Below are positions 1 to 8,970 of a stretch of 26,285 bases of DNA, piece by piece. The notes beneath the pieces were generated by a model. It worked only from the letters and a program-made list of their open reading frames with translations. It did not search any database and was not told where the DNA came from. The position numbers and the translations under genes were made by a program. Numbering within the stretch: the first letter of the stretch is position 1; each line of letters starts with the position of its first letter. This DNA is from Thermodesulfovibrionales bacterium (GTDB lineage: Bacteria; Nitrospirota; Thermodesulfovibrionia; Thermodesulfovibrionales; SM23-35), in NCBI GenBank assembly GCA_035624555.1, contig DASPRG010000169.1, forward strand, positions 1-26,285, in the 5' to 3' direction.

Positions 1-6
1 GGGGGG

Positions 7-34
7 GAGGAGCCCCCGGGGGAGGGGGCCCCTC
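7..34 (-). terminator. GC-rich stem-loop 12 nt downstream of the ftsZ stop (possible terminator or REP-like stabilising hairpin)
   Basis: The mRNA strand reads GAGGGGCCCCC-UCCCCC-GGGGGCUCCUC, an 11-bp stem with one G.U pair. It is followed by a C-run rather than a U-tract, and the window edge cuts off what comes next. Confidence 0.5.
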
Positions 35-46
35 GGTGGAGGGATC

Positions 47-1216
47 TTATATCTCTTTATGCATCTCTTTAAAGGATGATTTTCTCATAAAAGTAGGAAT
101 GTCAATAGGATCCTCATATGAAATAACATCTGCTGTTACTGCATTTACAATATACTCACGTCCGAGACTCTTTGCCAGAACCCTGTCTGACCCCTTAAAA
201 CTCACAGGCTCCTTAATAGGAGTCCACTTTTTAATCTGTGGCAACTCTACCTTCTCCTTCTCTTCCTGAAACCCTGTTGCGATTACGGTGATCTTCACCT
301 CGTCATCTATGTCCGGGTTTATGACTGCACCGAATATAAGGTTTACCTCCTCGTGGGCTGAGTCATAGATGTAAGAGGCTGCTTGCTGAACGTCATCTAA
401 GGATAAGTGAAGGCCACCAGTTATATTCAGGAGGATATTCTTTGCACCTTCGATTGAGGAATCCTCGAGGAGTGGGTTTGATATAGCCTTCTTAGCTGCC
501 TCGATGGCTACTCCTTCTCCTTTTACGAATCCACAGCCCATGACGCCACGACCTTTATCAGCTATAATTGTTTTGACATCAGCAAAGTCAACGTTAATAA
601 GACCTGGAATCAGGATGATGTCAGATATTCCCTGCACTGCCAGTTTCAAGACATCATTGGCTAAAGCGAAGGACTTGAGCAGAGGTGTCCCCTTTTCAAC
701 AGCAAGGCCAATCTTATCATTCGGTATGACAATAAAGGTATCAACATATTTCTTCATCTCCTTTAAACCTTCTTCGGCATTCATGCACCTCACTCTTCCC
801 TCATAGAAAAATGGCTTGGTAACAACAGCTACAGTAACGATACCAAGTTCTTTTGCAATGCCGGAAATCACTGGCCCTGCACCTGTTCCTGTGCCTCCAC
901 CCATGCCGGCTGTTATGAAGACCATATCCGAGCCTTCAATAGACTCAGCAATTGCAGCCCTGTCTTCGAGTGCTGCCTCTCTTCCGATCTGAGGATTTGA
1001 ACCTGCTCCAAGTCCCCTTGTAAGTTCAGTTCCTATCTGCACCTTAACAGGCGCAAGCGAGGAATCGAGGGCTTGTAAATCAGTGTTAACGGCGATAAAC
1101 TCAACTCCCTGGAGATTGGATGCAATCATGGTATTGATTGCATTGCCTCCTGCGCCTCCGATACCAACAACTTTAATCTGTGCTTTCTGCCCTCTTACTT
1201 CTTCAATCTCAAACAT
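47..1216 (-). CDS. ftsZ: Cell division protein FtsZ
   Basis: GGAGGNA and GMGGGTGTG tubulin signature, INVDFAD T7 loop, C-terminal core peptide DIPTFMRK. Start moved to ATG 1216 because AAAGGAGG lies 5 nt upstream of it and abuts the GTG at 1222. Confidence 0.99.
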   Translation of the reverse strand: MFEIEEVRGQKAQIKVVGIGGAGGNAINTMIASNLQGVEFIAVNTDLQALDSSLAPVKVQIGTELTRGLGAGSNPQIGREAALEDRAAIAESIEGSDMVFITAGMGGGTGTGAGPVISGIAKELGIVTVAVVTKPFFYEGRVRCMNAEEGLKEMKKYVDTFIVIPNDKIGLAVEKGTPLLKSFALANDVLKLAVQGISDIILIPGLINVDFADVKTIIADKGRGVMGCGFVKGEGVAIEAAKKAISNPLLEDSSIEGAKNILLNITGGLHLSLDDVQQAASYIYDSAHEEVNLIFGAVINPDIDDEVKITVIATGFQEEKEKVELPQIKKWTPIKEPVSFKGSDRVLAKSLGREYIVNAVTADVISYEDPIDIPTFMRKSSFKEMHKEI

Positions 1217-1256
1217 ATACACCTCCTTTTAGATTTTTTGGTCTTACCTTCTGTAT

Positions 1257-2486
1257 TTATAAATCTGAATCTCCATTACCTTTAAACATCCCTGCAAACC
1301 AACCCTTCATTCTTGCAAATATTCCTGTAAGATTACCTTCAGAGAAGTTTTCCCCTGACTCTTTACCTAAACCGTAAAGTACAAGGCCTACTCCTGTTGC
1401 GTACATTGGATTATTTATGTTTCCCCTGCATCCTTTTATGCCATCTGGAGACCCTATCCTCACTGGAAGTCCCAATACTGCCTCTGCCAATCTGTCAAGG
1501 CCATCAAGGAGAGAACCACCTCCTGTGAGGACAACACCCGATGATACAATGTCGTATCCAGAGCAGGATAAAAGCTCATCCTTTATTAAATTTAGGAGTT
1601 CCTCGGCCCTCGGCTGTAAGATCTCTGATAAATACCTGCGGGGTATCTTCCTTTCCTTTCCTGCCTGAGTAACATCTATTAAATCATCATCTCTTACCAT
1701 ATTCGCTATAGCACAGCCAAAATCCTTTTTGAGCATTTCAGCCTTTGCTAAGGGAGTTCTCAGTCCGATGGCGATATCATTTGTGAAATGGTTTCCTCCA
1801 ATGGGAAGGATTGACAGATGTTGCAGCAAGCTATCCTTGTAAATGACAATGTCTGTTGTACCACCAATGTCTACGAGGGCAACACCGAGTTCCTTTTCAT
1901 CTTCTGTGAGTATCGCCTCTGTTGAGGCAAGGGGCTCAAAGACTACCTCAATGACCTCAAGCCCGGCCATCTCGCAGCATTTTAGGAGGTTCTGCAACGC
2001 AGAAACAGCACCCATGACAATATGAACCTTTGCCTCCAGCCTGACACCAGCCATCCCAACAGGATCTTTGATGCCGTTATGTCCATCGAGAATGTAACCT
2101 GTCGGGATAACATGCAGGAGTTCCCTGTCAAGAGGCACATAGACAGCCTTGGCAGACTCTATGACACGCTCCACATCCAGAGGGGTTACTTCGCTGCCTA
2201 TGATTCCGACAGCACCATGACTGTTCAAACCCTTGATATGACTACCTGTGATTCCCACATATACCTCGTGTATCTGAACCCCTGTTGAAGACTCTGCTTC
2301 CTTCACAGCCTTTTTTATTGATTCCACTGTTGGCTCTATATTTATGATCAGGCCTTTTTTAAGCCCTGTTGAGGGAGATGTGCCGACACCAAGTATTTCT
2401 ATCTCACCATCCACTTCTTCTCCAACGACGGCACAGACCTTTACTGTTCCTACATCAAGCCCGATAATAATATTTCCGCTGCTCAA
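1257..2486 (-). CDS. ftsA: Cell division protein FtsA
   Basis: GLDVGT phosphate-1 motif, VVLTGGGSLL, YATGVGL, C-terminal amphipathic helix (IFARMKGWF), position between ftsQ and ftsZ. TTG start overlaps the ftsQ TGA. Phosphate-2 motif reads DIGGTTD (see findings). Confidence 0.97.
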   Translation of the reverse strand: MSSGNIIIGLDVGTVKVCAVVGEEVDGEIEILGVGTSPSTGLKKGLIINIEPTVESIKKAVKEAESSTGVQIHEVYVGITGSHIKGLNSHGAVGIIGSEVTPLDVERVIESAKAVYVPLDRELLHVIPTGYILDGHNGIKDPVGMAGVRLEAKVHIVMGAVSALQNLLKCCEMAGLEVIEVVFEPLASTEAILTEDEKELGVALVDIGGTTDIVIYKDSLLQHLSILPIGGNHFTNDIAIGLRTPLAKAEMLKKDFGCAIANMVRDDDLIDVTQAGKERKIPRRYLSEILQPRAEELLNLIKDELLSCSGYDIVSSGVVLTGGGSLLDGLDRLAEAVLGLPVRIGSPDGIKGCRGNINNPMYATGVGLVLYGLGKESGENFSEGNLTGIFARMKGWFAGMFKGNGDSDL

Positions 2487-3223
2487 TTGATTACCTCTTT
2501 TATCGGTTTTACAACCACTCTATTTGCAAATCGTAAGTCTATGTAATCGACAGGTATCTTTCTCCTCTGTATCTCTTCCTGCAGTTCAAGAAGTCGTTCA
2601 AGTTTTTCTCGATACTCTCCTATCCCTATCTTGACAACAGTTCCATCGATGACTGACGTGAGTTCCTGGGGCTTTGATAGGACTATCTCAATCTGGTCTC
2701 TCTCTGATGAAAAGCCCATATCAATCATCGTCTTTGCAAGGGTAAGAGCTTCTGAAAAACCTTCCTTCTCTTTAAAGGGGTCGCCTGTGATTATGGGAAG
2801 GAAGGGAATCGTATTATCTTTAAGCTCCTCGAGGAGGTTACCTTTATCATCACTTAAAAAAATATGGCCATTTACATCAAGAAGTACAAAAGGTACCACT
2901 TCACTTATTACTATTGATAAGGTGTCGGGAAACACTTTACTTACACTTGCAGATCTGATCCATGGAGATTTGAGTAACCTCTGGCTTACACTTTTTCCTG
3001 AAAGAGCAATCAGACTTTCCTTTCCGTGAATCCCTGCAAGTGCCCTGAGTTCATCAATGGTAAGATGTTTATTGCCATTAAAAATAATTTTTTTGACCGG
3101 GAATGCTGATATTACTTTGATGTAAGAAATATATGCGACGGTTGCAAGGGCAGAGACAAGCAATACAAAAGCAGTGATTCCTATTAATAAGCTGCTCTTA
3201 TTTTTCTTTTTCTTTGCTTTCAT
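2483..3223 (-). CDS. ftsQ: Cell division protein FtsQ/DivIB
   Basis: Basic N-terminus, single TM helix, POTRA-like segment (FNGNKHLT...[17 protein letters not shown]), C-terminal YIDLRF motif. Start moved to ATG 3223 (GAGGT 7 nt upstream). Confidence 0.95.
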   Translation of the reverse strand: MKAKKKKNKSSLLIGITAFVLLVSALATVAYISYIKVISAFPVKKIIFNGNKHLTIDELRALAGIHGKESLIALSGKSVSQRLLKSPWIRSASVSKVFPDTLSIVISEVVPFVLLDVNGHIFLSDDKGNLLEELKDNTIPFLPIITGDPFKEKEGFSEALTLAKTMIDMGFSSERDQIEIVLSKPQELTSVIDGTVVKIGIGEYREKLERLLELQEEIQRRKIPVDYIDLRFANRVVVKPIKEVIN

Positions 3224-4142
3224 CAAGAGCACCTCTGAGCATTTCTTCTATTAAGGCTGAAAAATTAAGACCTGCAAGCATTGCTACTTTAGGGAGAAGG
3301 CTTGTTTCGGTCATGCCTGGAATAGTATTGACCTCAAGTACATAAGGATTACCTTTTCCATCAATTCTTAAATCAACCCTCGTAGCACCTCTACACCCGA
3401 GGGCACGATGGGCAGAGAGAGCAGTTTCCTTAGCCCTCTCATAAGCCCTCCTGTCTATTTCCGGAGGGAGGATATACTCAGTAAGACCTTTCTTATATTT
3501 CGCTTCATAACTGTAGAATTCAAGAGATGGCCTTACCTCAACTCCTCCGAGCGCACTGTTATTGAGTATTCCTATGTGTACTTCTTTACCTTCTATATAT
3601 CTCTCTATGATTACCCTTTCACTCGAAGAAAATGCCTTTTTAACAGCAGACGGGATCTGCTTTTTTTCTTTCACGATACTTACCCCAATGCTTGATCCCT
3701 CTGTCGCTGGCTTGACAACCCAGGGCAACGGAAAATCTACTTTTGATGAGTCCATGCTTTTGGCTCTATGCTCTTTGCCCAGCACGATAAAAGGTGATAC
3801 GGGAATTTTGTGATAGAGGAATATTTTTTTGGATGCCTCTTTATCCATTGCAATGGCAGATGCAAGAACTCCTGATCCTGTGTAAGGGATTCCGAGGACT
3901 TCCAGCATACCTTGCACAGCACCGTTTTCTCCGTGTCCTCCGTGGAGTGCAATAAAGGCTATCTTTACTTTCTTCCTTTTTAGGGCGTTGCAAAGGTCAG
4001 AGCCGGCATCTATTGCAGCAGCATCATACCCTAAGTCTCTGAGTGTGTTATAGATTGCCTTTCCACTCCTCAGAGAAACTTCCCTTTCGGCTGACCTTCC
4101 ACCCATCAAAACACCTATACGTTTATCTGTTAACAACTTCAT
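3198..4142 (-). CDS. ddl: D-alanine--D-alanine ligase
   Basis: [34 protein letters not shown], omega loop FYSYEAKY (Tyr, typical of D-Ala-D-Ala ligases), EVNTIPGMT. Confidence 0.98.
   Translation of the reverse strand: MKLLTDKRIGVLMGGRSAEREVSLRSGKAIYNTLRDLGYDAAAIDAGSDLCNALKRKKVKIAFIALHGGHGENGAVQGMLEVLGIPYTGSGVLASAIAMDKEASKKIFLYHKIPVSPFIVLGKEHRAKSMDSSKVDFPLPWVVKPATEGSSIGVSIVKEKKQIPSAVKKAFSSSERVIIERYIEGKEVHIGILNNSALGGVEVRPSLEFYSYEAKYKKGLTEYILPPEIDRRAYERAKETALSAHRALGCRGATRVDLRIDGKGNPYVLEVNTIPGMTETSLLPKVAMLAGLNFSALIEEMLRGALDESKEKEK
3751..3778. repeat. Heptamer array inside ddl
   Basis: Coding strand GCAAAGA GCATAGA GCCAAAA GCATGGA, encoding [10 protein letters not shown]. Confidence 0.65.
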
Positions 4143-5073
4143 TTCTTCCTACTATCCTTATCTCCGGTTCAAAGACAACTCCAAATCTATCTTTTACCCT
4201 TTGGGCAACATCCTCTATGAGCCTGATAAAATCAGAGGCCTTCGCCTTTCCCTTGTTTATAAAGAAATTTGCATGAATGCTACTTACCTCAACATCACCG
4301 ATTCTCATACTTTTGCACCCTGCCTCATCGATCAATTTCCCTGCAGATAATTTAGGAGGATTTTTGAATACGCAGCCTGCAGATGGTTCTGAGAAAGGCT
4401 GGTTCTCCCATTTTCTCTTTAAGAAATCCTCTATCTTTGCAGAAACATGTTCTTTTTTATCCTTATTGAGCACTATTTCTGCACTGAGAATAAGTTCTGT
4501 TGAAGAAATACTCGACCTTCTGTATCCGAAGTCAATGTCTTCCGTCTTTAAACTCTTGATTCTGCCTTTGTTATCCATTATCGATACTGAGATAATCACA
4601 TCCTTCATTTCATAGCCGAAGGCTCCGGCATTTCCATAGATCGCCCCACCAACAGAGCCTGGTATGCCTGCAAGGCCCTCAATACCTGAATATCCTTTTT
4701 CTCGAGAAAAGTTCACGAGTCTCTGAAGCAGCGCCCCTCCCTCAACATATACATATACATTCGTGTCATTCTCGCGTAAGATCTCGATCTTTTTGAAAAA
4801 CTTGAGAGATATAACAGCGCCCTCTATACCACCGTCCCTCACCAGGATATTTGTTCCGCCACCAAGAGCTAAAAAGGGTATTTTCCTTTTTTTCAAGATA
4901 ACCAAAACATTTTTGAGGGAAGGGAGGTCTCGAGGAACGACAAAGAGATCTGCTGGCCCTCCTATCCTGAGCGATGTATGTTTCATCATGGGTTCCATGA
5001 ATCTCACATCTCCCTCAGAGGTGATTTCTGAAAAAATCTCTTCGAGTTCTTCACCTATACCCTGACTTCTCAC
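4123..5073 (-). CDS. murB: UDP-N-acetylenolpyruvoylglucosamine reductase
   Basis: [59 protein letters not shown] start overlaps the murC TGA. Confidence 0.98.
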   Translation of the reverse strand: MRSQGIGEELEEIFSEITSEGDVRFMEPMMKHTSLRIGGPADLFVVPRDLPSLKNVLVILKKRKIPFLALGGGTNILVRDGGIEGAVISLKFFKKIEILRENDTNVYVYVEGGALLQRLVNFSREKGYSGIEGLAGIPGSVGGAIYGNAGAFGYEMKDVIISVSIMDNKGRIKSLKTEDIDFGYRRSSISSTELILSAEIVLNKDKKEHVSAKIEDFLKRKWENQPFSEPSAGCVFKNPPKLSAGKLIDEAGCKSMRIGDVEVSSIHANFFINKGKAKASDFIRLIEDVAQRVKDRFGVVFEPEIRIVGRNEVVNR

Positions 5074-6482
5074 TCCTTTCTCCTTAGCCTCTGGAGTATC
5101 TCATCGCCTATCTTCCATACATCTCCTGCTCCGAGAGTCAGGAGCATGTCGCCTTTTCGCATATTGGAGATAATATGTTTTATCGCTTCTTCCTTATCTT
5201 TCAAATACAAGGTGTTATTACAACATCTTTTTTTGATTCTCTCGAAAAGGGTTGCCGAGCTTACACCCTCTATAGGTCTTTCTCCTGCAGAATAAACATC
5301 CAGAAGGATAAGAAAATCTGCATCCTTGAAAGAATAGGTAAATTCATCCATCAGGTCTTTTGTCCTTGAATATCTGTGGGGCTGGAAGAGGACAAATAAC
5401 CTTCTCGGTTCTTGCACCCCGACTTTTGACGCCTGGTTATGTATCAGCCCTTCCTTGGCTGCCTTCAGGGTTGCCTTTATCTCAGTAGGGTGGTGCCCAT
5501 AATCGTCAAATATTTTTATCTCCTTTGCCTCACCTTTAAACTCGAACCTCCTCTGTATGCCCTCAAACCTCTTCAGAGCCTCCTTTATCATTGGTATATC
5601 TATCTTGAGTTCTAAGGCAACTCCTATAGCAGCCAGGCTGTTCAAAACATTATGCTCTCCTGAAAGGGGTAGATCGAAATCACCGATGGCTCTTCCTTTA
5701 TAGGTTGCTTCAAAGCTGACGTACATAAAACCCTTTCTGATGTTTTTTGCATAAATTTCTGCTTCACTATGGAATCCATAGGTGATGTATCTTCTGTGAA
5801 GAGAAGGGAGAAGTTCACGCAGATGCTCATTCTCGATAGACACTATTGATACACCATAAAAGGGAATTTTATTCAGGAAAGAGCGGAAGGCCTCTTTCAG
5901 GGAATCCATTGACTGGAAGAAATCCATGTGTTCTCTGTCTATGTTTGTTGCAACAGCTATTGTTGGAGAGAGTTTCAGAAATGAACCATCGCTCTCATCA
6001 GCCTCGGCAACGAGAAATTCTCCCTGACCGAGTCGTGCATTACTGCCTGTTGCTTTTAGTCTTCCACCTATGATTACTGTAGGGTCAAAACCAGCATGGG
6101 CAAGAATAGTGGATATCAAGGATGTTGTTGTCGTTTTTCCGTGAGCCCCTGCAACGAGTATCCCGTATTTTAGTCTTGCAAGCTCTGCAAGCATCTCTGC
6201 GCGAGGTATTACAGGGATAGACTTTCTCTTTGCCTCAATGATCTCCGGATTATTGTCTGAAACTGCCGAGGAGACGACAACAACATGGGCATCATCTATG
6301 TTTTCTGCTTCATGACCGATATAGACCTTTATACCCAAGTCCTTCAACCTTTTCGTTGTTTCTGAATCCCTTACATCAGACCCTGTAACATCGTAGCCGA
6401 GATTATGGAGCACCTCTGCAATACCTGACATGCCGATACCGCCTATCCCAACAAAATGTATTACTTTGTAGCGCTCAAACAC
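5070..6482 (-). CDS. murC: UDP-N-acetylmuramate--L-alanine ligase
   Basis: HFVGIGGIGMSG, GAHGKTTT P-loop, EADESD, NIDREH, DDYGHHPTE, FQPHRYSRT, GAGD. GTG start with AGGAG SD. Confidence 0.99.
   Translation of the reverse strand: MFERYKVIHFVGIGGIGMSGIAEVLHNLGYDVTGSDVRDSETTKRLKDLGIKVYIGHEAENIDDAHVVVVSSAVSDNNPEIIEAKRKSIPVIPRAEMLAELARLKYGILVAGAHGKTTTTSLISTILAHAGFDPTVIIGGRLKATGSNARLGQGEFLVAEADESDGSFLKLSPTIAVATNIDREHMDFFQSMDSLKEAFRSFLNKIPFYGVSIVSIENEHLRELLPSLHRRYITYGFHSEAEIYAKNIRKGFMYVSFEATYKGRAIGDFDLPLSGEHNVLNSLAAIGVALELKIDIPMIKEALKRFEGIQRRFEFKGEAKEIKIFDDYGHHPTEIKATLKAAKEGLIHNQASKVGVQEPRRLFVLFQPHRYSRTKDLMDEFTYSFKDADFLILLDVYSAGERPIEGVSSATLFERIKKRCCNNTLYLKDKEEAIKHIISNMRKGDMLLTLGAGDVWKIGDEILQRLRRKE
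5419..5432. repeat. Eroded heptamer pair inside a murC loop insertion
   Basis: Plus strand CCGACTT TTGACGC. CCGACTT also occurs in the murD array at 9899-9905. Only two units. Confidence 0.35.
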
Positions 6483-6496
6483 GATTAGCTCCTAAA

Positions 6497-6524
6497 TCTG
6501 TGTACTGGATTCTGTATTTTGTAT
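6497..6524. repeat. Heptamer array in the murG-murC spacer
   Basis: TCTGTGT ACTGGAT TCTGTAT TTTGTAT. Confidence 0.6.
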
Positions 6525-6529
6525 GCTTA

Positions 6530-6550
6530 CTCATCACTTATCACCCTTCA
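6530..6550. repeat. Heptamer array spanning the murG stop codon
   Basis: Plus strand CTCATCA CTTATCA CCCTTCA. The murG TGA (6541-6543) is the first three bases of the unit TGATAAG. Confidence 0.65.
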
Positions 6551-7644
6551 TGTTTTTTAAGAAGGTTCATTGCAATATCGACTACCTTAGTACATGCCTC
6601 AGGTCTTCCGAGGGCCCTGCTGTTTTTTTGCATTTCTGCCCTGATTGTCTTATTCTCATAAAGCTCCTGTACGGTATGGGCGAGGGATTTACCACTCAGT
6701 TCACTTTCAGGGATCATCTTCGCTGCGCCCATCTCGAAGAGTTTTCTTGCGTTCAAATCTTGATGGTGTCCGGCTGCATGGGGGTAGGGGATTAAAACAG
6801 CGGGTTTTCCGAGAGCTGTCAGTTCAGCGAGAGTTGTTGCCCCTGCTCTTGAGATTACAATGTCGGAGACAGCGTAGGCTTCACCCATTTGATATATGAA
6901 GGGGGCGATTGTCCCTTTGTAGCCAAGCTTTCTGTAAGCATCCCTGATATATTCATAATCCTTTGTACCTGTCTGATGAAGAAACTGAATCCTGTCTTTT
7001 AAGTCATGCATATAATTGAGGGAGTCTACGACTGCTGTATTAATGCTTCTTGCTCCCAGACTTCCTCCAAAGACAAAGATAGTGAATAAACTTTTTTCAA
7101 GTGAGAAAAGCCTCAGTGCGGATTCTCTGCTGCCCTTGAGTATATGCATCCTGACAGGGTTGCCAGTAAGAAAGGTCTTTTCTTTTGGAAAGAAAGGGAT
7201 GCTCTCCTGATAGTTTATGCAGATAGCCTTTACGAATTTCCCGAGGATCTTATTCGTAAATCCGGGGATACAGTTCTGTTCAAGTATCATAGTTGGAATT
7301 GACATAAGAGCTGCGATAAGAATGATCGCTCCTGATGCATAACCACCGACGCCTATCATGATATCGGGCCTCATATTCTTAATAATTTTGTAAGAATCCA
7401 AAAACGATAGAAACATCTTGGCCATCGCCTTTATCCTTTTTGGAACAGATACTCCTACCATTCCTTCTGCCCTTAAAAACTTTATTGGATATCCTTCCCT
7501 CGGTATGACCCTTGCCTCTATACCATGTTCTGTTCCAACAAATATCACTTCTGTCATCTCATTTCTTCTTCTGAGTTCTTCAGCTATTGCAAGCCCTGGA
7601 AAGAGATGTCCTCCTGTACCTCCTCCCGCAACAATTGCCCTCAT
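6541..7644 (-). CDS. murG: Undecaprenyldiphospho-muramoylpentapeptide beta-N-acetylglucosaminyltransferase
   Basis: AGGGTGGHLFPG, GVGGYAS, EQNCIPG, GNPVR, FGGSLGA, RAGATT. Confidence 0.99.
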   Translation of the reverse strand: MRAIVAGGGTGGHLFPGLAIAEELRRRNEMTEVIFVGTEHGIEARVIPREGYPIKFLRAEGMVGVSVPKRIKAMAKMFLSFLDSYKIIKNMRPDIMIGVGGYASGAIILIAALMSIPTMILEQNCIPGFTNKILGKFVKAICINYQESIPFFPKEKTFLTGNPVRMHILKGSRESALRLFSLEKSLFTIFVFGGSLGARSINTAVVDSLNYMHDLKDRIQFLHQTGTKDYEYIRDAYRKLGYKGTIAPFIYQMGEAYAVSDIVISRAGATTLAELTALGKPAVLIPYPHAAGHHQDLNARKLFEMGAAKMIPESELSGKSLAHTVQELYENKTIRAEMQKNSRALGRPEACTKVVDIAMNLLKKHEG

Positions 7645-7677
7645 AAAACATTCAACTTAAGAATACAAAAGAAAAAT

Positions 7678-8970
7678 TCACAATAAAGGAGTTTCATAAT
7701 TGTCCATTTTGTCTTTTTCATTTTTCATTCCGTAAATAGCCCTTTTAGCTTTTCTTCTTGCAATCAATTTTTGTTTTATATCTTCAATCTCCTCGTTGTC
7801 TTTTCCTCTTGATATATTGAGGAGCATTCCAATAGCAGCCATGTTTACAAGGAGAGATGAACCTCCATAACTGATAAAGGGCAGAGGTAAGCCCTTTGTA
7901 GGAACCATGCCGGTAGCAACAGCGAAGTTGATAAGAGCCTGAAGTGAGACCATCAGGGTGAGTCCAACAGATAGGTAATAGGCGAATCTGTCCTTTGTTT
8001 TATTTGCTATCGATATCCCTCTGATAAAAATGAGCAGAAAAAGGGCAGTTACAACTGAGACGCCTATAAAACCGAACTCTTCACCGATAATAGAAAAGAT
8101 AAAATCTGTATGTGACTCTGGCAGGTAAGACAATTTCTGCATTGAGCCACCGATGCCAACACCGGTGATGCCCCCGCTGCCAAAGGCTATAAAAGACTGC
8201 ACAAGCTGAAAGCCACTGCCCTGAGGATCCTTCCAGGGATCAAGAAAGGATATGACTCTCCTGAGGCGGTAAGGTTCCCTAATGAGTATATACAGTACTG
8301 GGAGGGCGAATACAGAGAGGGAGGAAATGTATCTGAGTCTTGTCCCAGATAGAAAGAGCATTGCGAGCGTAAGAAACGCAAGGCTCATAACAGCTCCGAA
8401 GTCTGGCTGCATAAGCATAACAGCCTGGAATGCGATCATAATAGAAAGGGGCTTTATAAAAGATCCAAAGCTTTCAGTTCTATAGTTAGCTGATGACAGA
8501 TGCTGTGCAAGGAATATGACCATAGAAAGTTTTACGAACTCTGATGGCTGAAAGGTTGAAGGCCAGAGTCTTATCCATCTCCGTGCACCACCTGCAGAGA
8601 CACCAATACCAGGCACGAAAACGAGTATTAAGAGCAGAAAGGAAAAGATCAGAAGAGGGATGGCTATCTTCTTGAGGAAAGAAGGTTTCAGACTGTAGGC
8701 AAGAAACATACACCCAAGTCCTATGAGGATTGTAACGATATGTCTCTTGAAGTAATAAAATTCGCTAACACCCTTTTTTGCAAGGTCTGGTGTGATGACA
8801 GAGGTTGAACTGTATATCATGAGAACGCCAAAGACAACAAGAACAAACGTGGTTAGGAGAAGCAATTTGTCATAGGTAGGGTAAAGTGACGAGGGACTGT
8901 TAACAGATGACAGGTTAAGTTCTGAAAATCGAAGGCTTAATTGCTTCTTACTCATTGCCTTATCCCTCAT
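7678..8970 (-). CDS. ftsW: Peptidoglycan glycosyltransferase FtsW (SEDS family)
   Basis: GARRWI, QPSEFVK, QPDFG, GFQLVQS, LPESHTDFIFSIIGEEFG, PTKGLPLPFISYGGSS. ATG overlaps the murD TGA. Confidence 0.98.
   Translation of the reverse strand: MRDKAMSKKQLSLRFSELNLSSVNSPSSLYPTYDKLLLLTTFVLVVFGVLMIYSSTSVITPDLAKKGVSEFYYFKRHIVTILIGLGCMFLAYSLKPSFLKKIAIPLLIFSFLLLILVFVPGIGVSAGGARRWIRLWPSTFQPSEFVKLSMVIFLAQHLSSANYRTESFGSFIKPLSIMIAFQAVMLMQPDFGAVMSLAFLTLAMLFLSGTRLRYISSLSVFALPVLYILIREPYRLRRVISFLDPWKDPQGSGFQLVQSFIAFGSGGITGVGIGGSMQKLSYLPESHTDFIFSIIGEEFGFIGVSVVTALFLLIFIRGISIANKTKDRFAYYLSVGLTLMVSLQALINFAVATGMVPTKGLPLPFISYGGSSLLVNMAAIGMLLNISRGKDNEEIEDIKQKLIARRKAKRAIYGMKNEKDKMDNYETPLL
7701..7728. repeat. Heptamer array in the ftsW C-terminal tail
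   Basis: Coding strand ATGAAAA ATGAAAA AGACAAA ATGGACA. Confidence 0.55.
8886..8913. repeat. Heptamer array in the ftsW N-terminal extension
   Basis: Coding strand CTGTCAT CTGTTAA CAGTCCC TCGTCAC, containing the 10-bp palindrome CTGTTAACAG. Confidence 0.5.

Noticed and set aside
3198-4142. D-Ala-D-Lac (vancomycin-resistance type) ligase next to a D,D-peptidase-containing operon
   Set aside because: The omega loop has Tyr (FYSYEAKY) as in D-Ala-D-Ala ligases, and no vanH, vanX or vanRS-like genes are present.
5055-5089. CT every 7 nt across the murC/murB junction; similar faint periodicity at 1249-1276 and 13984-14011
   Set aside because: Unit identity is too low to separate from chance, so these were not counted as arrays.
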